Virus record (IMG/VR): IMGVR_UViG_3300025018_000489
Location: 1 to 26,025 of that record
Origin: a virus
Lineage: Duplodnaviria; Caudoviricetes
Strand: one strand, 5' to 3'
Length of the DNA stretch: 26,025 bases
The notes under the pieces: model-generated
Databases searched by the model: none
What the model saw: only the letters and a program-made list of their open reading frames with translations
Told to the model about the DNA's origin: nothing
In this document: positions 18,550 to 26,025 of the stretch, one piece after another
Layout of the letters: each line of letters starts with the position of its first letter
Numbering within the stretch: position 1 is the first letter of the stretch
Position numbers and translations under genes: made by a program

Positions 18550-18556
18550 CAATACA

Positions 18557-18647
18557 ACTTCCAAAGCTGCCAGACCATTTACCCCAAAACAGTATATTAA
18601 AATATAGATTGATGTTTGTACGGAATAGTCTGGTAGCTTCTGGAAGT
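18557..18647. repeat. Long imperfect inverted repeat / stem-loop directly after portal stop
   Basis: ACTTCCA-AAGCTGCCAGAC (18557-18575) versus GTCTGGTAGCTTCTGGAAGT (18628-18647), with an inner TATATT-AA-AATATA hairpin. Confidence 0.8.
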
Positions 18648-18649
18648 CA

Positions 18650-20671
18650 TTAGAGTAATCCCATTTCTTGTCCTGCTATGTTATTTGGCATATTCTTAAT
18701 TGGGTCAGTTGATTGCATAGCAGAGTTTTCTATCTGGTTCTCATCTACTGATAAAGGGTTTGCCCCACCCATATCGGGGTTAGCTATTGGGTCTGCCATC
18801 ATTTCTTGTTGTTCTAAAGTAACTAGAGCTTTATCAGCATCAATCCATTTGGTCAATTCATCAACATAAGCTGTAAACATCAATATCTGGTCATCAGATA
18901 ATTGTTCTTCATTACTTATCATGTGGAACTGAATAATTTTCTTGATTGCTTTATGGTTCTGATTCCAATTAGTTGTAGGTTCAATTCCTCTTTCAATTGC
19001 TGTAATAGCATCATTAGCTTCAACTTCTGGGTCAATAATAATATCTTCACTAATCTCTTCAATTTCTGGGTATGAAGAGAAAATAGCTTTCCAGATTGGT
19101 TTACTATCAAGCTGGAGTTTCTTTTCAGCATCCATTTGAGATTTAAGATTAAGAAGAGCTGCTTGTCTAACAACAGGAGAGGTTTTAGTAATCTGGTCTG
19201 GATTAGCAATAACATCAAAGTTGGCACTAATTTCACTTGGTTTAACCTTAATAAAGCCACCACCTTTTTCACCAGTAATTCTAATTTCCTGTTCTTCAGT
19301 AATATATTGAGCATTAAGTTCTAGGAAATGGTTGCCTACACCAGCTAGAATCTGTGCTCCAAATAAAGAGATAAGCATTTGCATATTTAAATCAATATTG
19401 GCATCAATGACTTTTGCACCAGTAGCAGTCTTATTCATCTGTGAAGAAGAACCAGATACTCCACTAGAGTATAAAGATGAAATAGAAGATGATTTTTCAA
19501 ATAAGGTAGAAAGTTCTTGTCTAAGCCCAATCATTAATTGAGAGGTATCAGCAATAGGAGCTTGTCTAACTTGGTTGGCATCACCAGCTACTCTAACAAT
19601 TCCATCAGGTCTGTTTACAAAAGCCCAATCAGGAGTTGCTGCTGCACTTTGTCCTGCAATCCACATTGGATTACCAGCTTTACGAGCATTGGTCATGTAT
19701 TGATTTAAAGCACTAGACATTGAGATAACTAGGTCTTCAAGAGGTTGAATCATGCCTTGAGGATAAAAAGTGTAGTCAGATGGGAAAGGAGTAAATGATA
19801 GGTAGGGGTAGTGTCCATGCCAATAAGGATTTTCTACATTCTTATTTAAAATCTTATCATCACCTTTTTGGTCAAAAGTAAAAAATACTCCACCATCTTT
19901 GGTGCTCATCTTGAGCAAACCTACATATTGGTTACGATAAAACTCTTCTTCATTAGAAGCTCCATAAATAGCATCACTTGGAAGCTTATATCCACCCTCA
20001 AGCTCACTAATAAACATCTTTTTCTTCTTAATTTCCTCCAACATCTCTGGCAACCAAATCTCTTCAGGCTTTTCATCAGTAGCCTTATTGTCATCAAGCA
20101 TATCTCCAAATCTCATGGTCATGTGCTCAATAATAAAAGGCTGTTCATCCATATCTGGGATGTTTCTATTTCCAACCACAATATCTTCAAATCTAATGTT
20201 TCTAGCAGTAGCTCTGTTAGTAATCCCCCTCATTGAAAACTCACTTTTGCCCTCAATATCAGATTGAATCTTAACTGCAGGTTCAAACAACCAACCAGTT
20301 CCGAGATAAGACCTCCCACCAATTAAACCTCTAAGCAAACTTCGGTAAAACACCAAAGTCTTTTGCATTTCAGAGAGTTCCCAATTAATAACCTGTTGAT
20401 TTCTCTCTCTAAACTCACTAACTTCAGAATTACGAGCCAATAAATTAACCCTAGCATTGTCTGGGTTCAATCTACTCATCATTGTTCTTAGAAGTTGGAA
20501 AATGGCTGGGTCAACCATTTGATAATCCCAAGGATAATTCTCATCAAAGTTCAAAATGGATTCATACATGTCTGTATAAGTGGCATTTCTGTCAAATACA
20601 TCAGAGGTATCGCTGTTGATTGTGTTCCATCTACTCTTAATTATCGTTGCAATTTTTGATTTTTCAGCCAT
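18650..20671 (-). CDS. Portal protein (podovirus type)
   Basis: 673 aa; NPYWHGHYPY, FYPQGMIQPLEDL, NRPDGIVRV, MNKTATGAKVI, EIRITGE motifs; acidic C-terminal tail; position before scaffold and capsid. Confidence 0.88.
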   Translation of the reverse strand: MAEKSKIATIIKSRWNTINSDTSDVFDRNATYTDMYESILNFDENYPWDYQMVDPAIFQLLRTMMSRLNPDNARVNLLARNSEVSEFRERNQQVINWELSEMQKTLVFYRSLLRGLIGGRSYLGTGWLFEPAVKIQSDIEGKSEFSMRGITNRATARNIRFEDIVVGNRNIPDMDEQPFIIEHMTMRFGDMLDDNKATDEKPEEIWLPEMLEEIKKKKMFISELEGGYKLPSDAIYGASNEEEFYRNQYVGLLKMSTKDGGVFFTFDQKGDDKILNKNVENPYWHGHYPYLSFTPFPSDYTFYPQGMIQPLEDLVISMSSALNQYMTNARKAGNPMWIAGQSAAATPDWAFVNRPDGIVRVAGDANQVRQAPIADTSQLMIGLRQELSTLFEKSSSISSLYSSGVSGSSSQMNKTATGAKVIDANIDLNMQMLISLFGAQILAGVGNHFLELNAQYITEEQEIRITGEKGGGFIKVKPSEISANFDVIANPDQITKTSPVVRQAALLNLKSQMDAEKKLQLDSKPIWKAIFSSYPEIEEISEDIIIDPEVEANDAITAIERGIEPTTNWNQNHKAIKKIIQFHMISNEEQLSDDQILMFTAYVDELTKWIDADKALVTLEQQEMMADPIANPDMGGANPLSVDENQIENSAMQSTDPIKNMPNNIAGQEMGLL

Positions 20672-20677
20672 ATCTAT

Positions 20678-20709
20678 ACTTTACTAGGTTTTTCTAGTTT
20701 TAGGGTAAG
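20678..20709 (-). promoter_or_regulatory. Late-type promoter copy: CTTACCCTA-N17-TAAAGT-N6-ATG (embedded in 3' end of GT2 gene)
   Basis: CTTACCCTA AAACTAGAAAAACCTAG TAAAGT ATAGAT ATG(20671). Confidence 0.7.
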
Positions 20710-21382
20710 CTTTTTGTGAACTTTTTACATCTTTAGCATATTTATCAGTAATTTGCTTATAAAATTGTCTTTTTACAGCATCATCTTGATGATTTCTACT
20801 CTGTGTTCGCTGTCTGTAGTACATAAAGGCACTACTTTTCTTAAAAACTGCCCCTTTATCTAAAAGTTTTAACCAAAAGTCATAATCTTCAAAAATTGGT
20901 AAAGAATAATCAAATCCACCAACCTTTTCATACCACTCTCTCTTGAACAAAGAACACATTAAAACCTCATTCATTACCAACATTTTCTTCCAAAGAATCG
21001 CATTAGGAGCTTCATGCCAAACATTAGGGATTGTTGAATTGCCCCAACCACACCAAAGAACAGAGTTTGGATAAACTACATCAGCTTCGGTATATGCCAT
21101 CTGCATCAAGTAGTTAAGTGGCATCTTGTCATCAGCATCAAAGAAAACAATATGAGTTCCAGTTGAGATTTTAAATCCCATATCTCTTGCCTTAGAAACT
21201 CCAATATTGGAATCACAAAAGACAGTTGTTACGCCTGTATAAGCTTTAGCTGTTTCTTTACAACAATCATGAATCAAAATTATCTCATCTGCTGGTCTGA
21301 TTTGTTGTTTGATTGAATCAATACATTCATCAAGGTATTTTTCTAAATTAAAACAAGTAACAATTACACTAATTTTTTTCAT
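20684..21382 (-). CDS. Glycosyltransferase family 2
   Basis: ISVIVTCFNLEKYLDECIDSI, NIGVSKARDMG, FFDADD, VGGFD, FEDYDFWLKL. Confidence 0.92.
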   Translation of the reverse strand: MKKISVIVTCFNLEKYLDECIDSIKQQIRPADEIILIHDCCKETAKAYTGVTTVFCDSNIGVSKARDMGFKISTGTHIVFFDADDKMPLNYLMQMAYTEADVVYPNSVLWCGWGNSTIPNVWHEAPNAILWKKMLVMNEVLMCSLFKREWYEKVGGFDYSLPIFEDYDFWLKLLDKGAVFKKSSAFMYYRQRTQSRNHQDDAVKRQFYKQITDKYAKDVKSSQKAYPKTRKT

Positions 21383-21953
21383 GTTTTACCTTTTTGAATA
21401 TCATGAAGTTCCTTATTAACCAGATGGTATGAGGGTACTTATGAACTTGATTAATAATATTAAACTCATCATGGTACTGTCTTTCATACCCCAGAGCTTC
21501 AAACTTCTCATCCCAATACTTCATTGGTTGGCAATTAACATGGTTTAAACCAGCTTGTCCAATTCCTGCTGCAGTCATAATAATTAAATCTGAATATCTG
21601 GTGATATTTTTAACTAAAGTATCTGCATATTCACAACCAATATGCTCAACTACCTCAAGACAAAGAGCTAAATCTCTTTTATGTATTTCTTCTTCACTTT
21701 CAAACCTTAAATCGCAAAACCCAACTTTATCTCTATCAACCATCAAAACATCTTCATGGTAGGCTTGTGGAGATATATCAAGCCCAGAATATTCACAAGT
21801 AAAATGCGACATATAAAGACCAGTACCACACCCCAAATCAATCATAGACTTTGGATGATATAAGTCCTCAATCGCATAAGCCAAAACTCTAGCCTGGATA
21901 GCTTCATCAAGATTAATATTTTTGTAATATTCTTTTGTATATTCTTCTTCCAT
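21369..21953 (-). CDS. Class I SAM-dependent methyltransferase
   Basis: IDLGCGTG, DLALCLEVVEHI, GQAGLNHVNCQ. Confidence 0.9.
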   Translation of the reverse strand: MEEEYTKEYYKNINLDEAIQARVLAYAIEDLYHPKSMIDLGCGTGLYMSHFTCEYSGLDISPQAYHEDVLMVDRDKVGFCDLRFESEEEIHKRDLALCLEVVEHIGCEYADTLVKNITRYSDLIIMTAAGIGQAGLNHVNCQPMKYWDEKFEALGYERQYHDEFNIINQVHKYPHTIWLIRNFMIFKKVKHEKN

Positions 21954-21955
21954 GA

Positions 21956-22585
21956 CTATTTCCTTTTAGCTTGTAATTTGCCCCAATCACCATTACCACC
22001 CAACCAAACAACTGTTAGTCCATTCTTTTCCAAGAAAAGGATTAGTTTAGCCAAATTAGATGAGCCATAATGCCATTCCATTGTTAGTTGCTCTACTAAC
22101 TTGAGGTGTTTAAAGTTATAAAGAACCTCATATTCTGCACCCTCAATATCCATCTTGAGTAAATCAATCTTTTCAACCTTGAACTTGGTAATTAAATCAT
22201 CTAGTTTGACACTTGGTTGCATTACTCCATCACCATCAATCTTATTGAGTTCACCTCTTTTTGGGTCAACTTTAAAAGCAACATCTTTACCAGTCCATAA
22301 AAGAACATTGACTAACTTTAAGTTCTCTTGACCCTCGGTATTAATCTTTAAAAGCTCAAAGTTCTTTTCTTCTGGTTCAATAGCAATAACATTAGCCTTA
22401 TTTGCCAAAGCCAGTCTGGTGAATGAACCAATATGAGCCCCACAATCAATTACTGTATCTCCCTCATTGATGGTAATTTCTCCCCATCTCTCATATTCAA
22501 GGTCAATAATTACTTCTTTGATAACTTCTTCATCAAAGTGATTTCTAACTGTCATTTCTCCAATTGGTGTTTTAATTGTTTTCAT
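21956..22585 (-). CDS. FkbM-family methyltransferase
   Basis: VIDCGAHIGSF, VIAIEPEEKNFELLKIN, IDLLKMDIEGAEYEVL. Confidence 0.92.
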   Translation of the reverse strand: MKTIKTPIGEMTVRNHFDEEVIKEVIIDLEYERWGEITINEGDTVIDCGAHIGSFTRLALANKANVIAIEPEEKNFELLKINTEGQENLKLVNVLLWTGKDVAFKVDPKRGELNKIDGDGVMQPSVKLDDLITKFKVEKIDLLKMDIEGAEYEVLYNFKHLKLVEQLTMEWHYGSSNLAKLILFLEKNGLTVVWLGGNGDWGKLQAKRK

Positions 22586-23109
22586 AAGCTCCTATAAAAT
22601 AATAAACTGCTATCTGTATCTGCAAAATCCATTCTAATATTAGCTTTTCGTACTTTTTCATATCTATCAGCAGATGCAGTATTTAAGACCAAGATTGTTT
22701 TGTTGGCTATTCTATCCATTTCTTTTAAGTAATTAGCTTCATCCTCCATGTGATGAAATACCCTCAAGGCTACAAAAACATCATATTGTTTATCCTTAAT
22801 CACTTCCCAAGGCATCTTGGTTAGGTCATAGTTATAAGTTGGTTTATAAGATAATCTCCAATTCCAATCAGGCATATCAAGGTCAATAGTGTCTGATTCT
22901 TCTGATAGCTCAATTCCCATTGAACCAGCTTCAAGAATACTAGTTGGTTGAAGTTGCTCTAAAAGCTCTACTGCTTTCTCATGATAAGACCATCTATCGG
23001 TAGCCTTTGGTTGTCCAGGCTTCCACTCTGTAGTTCCCCAATGTTCAGGATTAAGCATCTTTAATTCTTCAACTTGCTTTAAAAAGCTTTCTTTTGTTAA
23101 GTATTCCAT
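22582..23109 (-). CDS. Methyltransferase-like protein
   Basis: SILEAGSMG, YDLTKMPW, YDVFVALRVFHHM (class I MTase-like). Confidence 0.7.
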   Translation of the reverse strand: MEYLTKESFLKQVEELKMLNPEHWGTTEWKPGQPKATDRWSYHEKAVELLEQLQPTSILEAGSMGIELSEESDTIDLDMPDWNWRLSYKPTYNYDLTKMPWEVIKDKQYDVFVALRVFHHMEDEANYLKEMDRIANKTILVLNTASADRYEKVRKANIRMDFADTDSSLLFYRSL

Positions 23110-23477
23110 AATTGTTTATCTCCATAATCAACTAATACATTTTTCCCATTTAAAGTTCCCCAATGAATTGAATCATTACCACCCTTTTTCCAATCACCAA
23201 GCTTCTCAAGCCACTCTTCCACATTTTCGGGGGCTTCTACTAAAAGCTTAACTCTTTGTTGAACCAAAAATCTACTATCTTCTGAAATTGAGATACATGG
23301 AGCTAAAGATTCGCCTTTTTGGGTATCTTTAAGGTTTTGCCAGTTTTCCCACTCAACTCTATTGTGGTTATCATCTAAGTTCTTTAAAAACTTGATTACT
23401 AAGTCTGGATTATCCAAGTGTTCATAAACAACTCGTCTGTAGCCCTCGCCCAGATATTTACCACACTTATTTAACAT
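23097..23477 (-). CDS. Minimal protein-kinase-like fold protein
   Basis: LGEGYRRVVY (Gly loop), LVIKF (Lys), VEWENW (alphaC Glu), VLVDYG (DFG-like). Confidence 0.7.
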   Translation of the reverse strand: MLNKCGKYLGEGYRRVVYEHLDNPDLVIKFLKNLDDNHNRVEWENWQNLKDTQKGESLAPCISISEDSRFLVQQRVKLLVEAPENVEEWLEKLGDWKKGGNDSIHWGTLNGKNVLVDYGDKQLWNT

Positions 23478-23701
23478 ATCTTGTAATTCTTTATGAAATA
23501 AACTTCCCTATTATTAAGTCTGTAAGAGTATTTGCCAGTTATTAAGAATCTCAACCTCTCTTTAAAAGACATCTTGAGGTCAATGCCAATTACAGATTTA
23601 TCATCAAAGGAATCATGGGTAATTCCATCATCTTCTCTGGTGGTGTCTTGAAACTTCTCTAAGTACCAATTATTGATTCTTTTTGATATGTTTTTTAGCA
23701 T
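23471..23701 (-). CDS. Hypothetical protein (76 aa)
   Basis: Fills the gap and overlaps both neighbours; MSFKERLRFLITGK. Confidence 0.55.
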   Translation of the reverse strand: MLKNISKRINNWYLEKFQDTTREDDGITHDSFDDKSVIGIDLKMSFKERLRFLITGKYSYRLNNREVYFIKNYKIC

Positions 23702-24389
23702 AAGCTTTTCTATCCCTTGTTATAATTTTCTGAACTGCTTTTGATTGATACTCGTATGACTTTCCCCCATAATGATACACAAACATTGATTTAATTCTCA
23801 AAATAGGAACAGCATTGTTTTTATTAGCTATTTTCTTAATTCTTGTCTGGTAATCATCATCTCCATACCAACACTTGAAGTGTTTATCATCAAAGTTTCC
23901 CACATTTTTTAAACATTCTTTTGAAAGATAGAAACAAAATCCTGGCATCCAGTTAGCTACTCCAATATCTTCTGAAGTTTCAGGCAATCTTGCATAAAAT
24001 GGGAACTTAATATCTACTCGGTTCAAATAATGGTCTTTGGATGGTGTATTTGGCACAATACAGTAAGCATTAGTATTGATAGCAATAAGACCCAAAATAT
24101 CAATAAAGTTGATTGGTAAAATCAAATCATCATTCATAATCACCACATCAGAGCCATCTGCTAGGTCAATTCCTCTATTCCAAGCTTCATAAATACCAAC
24201 TCTGGCACACTCAACCTTAATTGGCACACCTGAATTACAATTAAACTTCTGGGCTATTTCAAGCCCTGACTTGTCTGGTGAGGTATCAATGACAATAATT
24301 TCTTCTGGTTGAACCAGTTGAGCTTGAAGAAGAGTTAAAATTGCTACTAAGTTGTGTTGTGCTGAATAATAGGTAACTATTGCTTTCAT
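23670..24389 (-). CDS. Glycosyltransferase family 2
   Basis: EIIVID, GIYEAWNRGI, VIMNDDL, GFCFYL, VGNFDD, WYGDDDY, VYHYGGKS; SD AAGGAG. Confidence 0.9.
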   Translation of the reverse strand: MKAIVTYYSAQHNLVAILTLLQAQLVQPEEIIVIDTSPDKSGLEIAQKFNCNSGVPIKVECARVGIYEAWNRGIDLADGSDVVIMNDDLILPINFIDILGLIAINTNAYCIVPNTPSKDHYLNRVDIKFPFYARLPETSEDIGVANWMPGFCFYLSKECLKNVGNFDDKHFKCWYGDDDYQTRIKKIANKNNAVPILRIKSMFVYHYGGKSYEYQSKAVQKIITRDRKAYAKKHIKKNQ

Positions 24390-25018
24390 ATTTCTCCTTT
24401 TAGTAATTGTTTATTATTGCCATTGGCATGAATTATGGATATGACACCATCTTGGTCATCATAAAAGATTCCATGGTCTAACTTGATTATACCTTTACTG
24501 TATGAACTATACAATGTTCCAAACAAGGTCGGCTCTATTGATATGGTTTTATCCAGTAACCACCAATTAAATAGTATTTGGTCGCTGAAAAAAGCATGGT
24601 CAAACCTATATTCGTGCTCTCTGATGAACTTTAGCAAGTCTTTAACCTCGCTATAAGGCATAGCCCAAGTTCCCATGCAATAAATGGGTGTGCCATCTAG
24701 TTCTTTAAAGGCAAATTTGTCTAAATATGGTTTCCACCAGTTGTTTGCTCCCCAAGTATCCATTTCGGGTGAAACATAAATCTTATTTTCAAGTTTTGGA
24801 ATTGGTTTCTGGAAAATTACATCACTAGTATCAGTAAAAATCACCATGTCATCATCATTAAACTCTGGAAATGAATCAAATCTGCGTAAATTATTTGGAT
24901 ATTTGTCAAACTTAACCATTTTTTGCTCAACAGAATCACCTAGATTAGAAATGCTGTCAAGATAGTTCTCTTTAAGCCCCTCAACATCTGAAGTTAAAGC
25001 AACTAAATAAGTCTTCAT
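24386..25018 (-). CDS. Putative GT-A fold glycosyltransferase
   Basis: VIFTDTSDVIFQ (DxxD), FSDQILFN, IIHANGN; resembles PLOD-GT-like small glycosyltransferases. Confidence 0.7.
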   Translation of the reverse strand: MKTYLVALTSDVEGLKENYLDSISNLGDSVEQKMVKFDKYPNNLRRFDSFPEFNDDDMVIFTDTSDVIFQKPIPKLENKIYVSPEMDTWGANNWWKPYLDKFAFKELDGTPIYCMGTWAMPYSEVKDLLKFIREHEYRFDHAFFSDQILFNWWLLDKTISIEPTLFGTLYSSYSKGIIKLDHGIFYDDQDGVISIIHANGNNKQLLKGEI

Positions 25019-25019
25019 A

Positions 25020-25907
25020 TTAAAACTCCTCCTGAATATTGGTTTCTATCATTTTTAACAAGGAATTGTGTCGGTGAATCGTACAATGATGGTTTTGTAC
25101 CCAAATCTGGGTTTTTATTACATCATGTTGTACTTTTTGCAACAAAATAAAGTCAATTAAATCAAGTAATTCTTGGTCATTGTGATAAATATTGATTTTT
25201 TCCTCAAGTCCTTTGATTAAATGTAGGTCTGGAACATCATTGGTAACTAATTCAACTCCATTAGCAATACTTTCAAAAACCCTGAAGTTCATATCATCAC
25301 TAAAAGTTCTATTAAAAGAAATAACTCCCTGTCTTAGATACTCTTCCATGTTGCGATAATCAGTTATGGCAAAAAACTTATCTCCATACTGTTCTTTTAA
25401 AAGTTCAATCAACCTATTTCTCTCGTTAAACCACTTGCCCCATCTGCCAACAAAGACAATATCAAAAGGCACTCTGCCCTGATTTCTTACAACTGCATCT
25501 CTTCTGCCTGGATAACTTACTGGTAGCCAGAAAACCTTGGATTTAGAATCAATTGCTCTATGATGAGCTGCCAAAATAGGCACATACTTGGAAATAGCCA
25601 CAAAAACATAGTCAAAAAGTGGTGAATAGTCTTTATGCCATTGAAGTTGAACATGAGAATCAATTAACCAGATAGCTTTTTTACATTCTGGAAACTCATC
25701 TTTAATAAATTGAGCAATATCTGGGTATTTAGCCAAACCATTGTTAAACTCTCTCTCTAGTAGGAGGTCTGGTTTAAAATCTTTAATTTTTTCATATACT
25801 TCTACTGGAAAGTTATCACCAACTTTGCTGGTGTGGTCTAGGTACATGACCTTGTGTTTTTTTTCTAGTTCAATACCTCTTTCCGAGGACAGGTAGAGTA
25901 TATTCAT
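25020..25907 (-). CDS. GT-B glycosyltransferase (CgeB / Glyco_trans_1_2-like)
   Basis: IWLIDSH, FDYVFVA, FDIVFVG, ISFNRTFSDDMNFRVFESIANG, HHCTIHRH. Confidence 0.85.
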   Translation of the reverse strand: MNILYLSSERGIELEKKHKVMYLDHTSKVGDNFPVEVYEKIKDFKPDLLLEREFNNGLAKYPDIAQFIKDEFPECKKAIWLIDSHVQLQWHKDYSPLFDYVFVAISKYVPILAAHHRAIDSKSKVFWLPVSYPGRRDAVVRNQGRVPFDIVFVGRWGKWFNERNRLIELLKEQYGDKFFAITDYRNMEEYLRQGVISFNRTFSDDMNFRVFESIANGVELVTNDVPDLHLIKGLEEKINIYHNDQELLDLIDFILLQKVQHDVIKTQIWVQNHHCTIHRHNSLLKMIETNIQEEF

Positions 25908-25926
25908 TTTTTCCTTTAATTAATAA

Positions 25927-26025
25927 CTACTTCTGCCATTTATTGTGCCAACTTGGTAAAGAACCAACCCAATCAGGAGTAGGGGTGCTTCCCATAGCTC
26001 CAACAGCAGTTGATACCTCTGGCTT
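25927..26025 (-). CDS. 3' end of upstream gene (identity unknown; terminase large subunit plausible by synteny)
   Basis: Open frame KPEVSTAVGAMGSTPTPDWVGSLPSWHNKWQK* entering from the right edge. Confidence 0.5.
   Translation of the reverse strand, partial: KPEVSTAVGAMGSTPTPDWVGSLPSWHNKWQK

Noticed and set aside
11070-20236. Plus-strand and nested ORFs within fibre, nozzle, capsid and portal genes
   Set aside because: Antisense or off-frame to well-supported genes, with no recognisable motifs.
23615-23623. ATTACCCAT match (and ATTACCCAA near 6335)
   Set aside because: No TAnnnT at 16-18 nt spacing; chance matches in coding sequence.

Overview
A 26 kb slice of a dsDNA podovirus-type phage or prophage virion morphogenesis region, with all credible genes on the minus strand. 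In transcription order (right to left): the 3' end of an upstream gene (possibly terminase); a nine-gene glycan-modification cluster (4 glycosyltransferase-like, 3 methyltransferase-like, a minimal kinase-like protein, 1 hypothetical); portal; two small genes; scaffold; SU10/DUF5309-like major capsid; a 53-aa ORF missed by the track; head-tail adaptor; tail nozzle; two paralogous tail-fibre plus glycine-rich tip modules; a coiled-coil putative ejection protein; and a >1726-aa ORF (<1..5179) missing from the track because it runs off the left edge. The most striking non-coding signal is a six-copy promoter-like element, ATTACCCTA-N17-TAnnnT. It sits 6-8 nt before the ATG in five of six cases, implying non-canonical -35 recognition and leaderless late mRNAs. 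I also found no GATC site in the window by eye, a long hairpin after the portal and a pseudoknot-like scaffold leader. The host is not determinable; a CPR/Patescibacteria-type host is only a guess.
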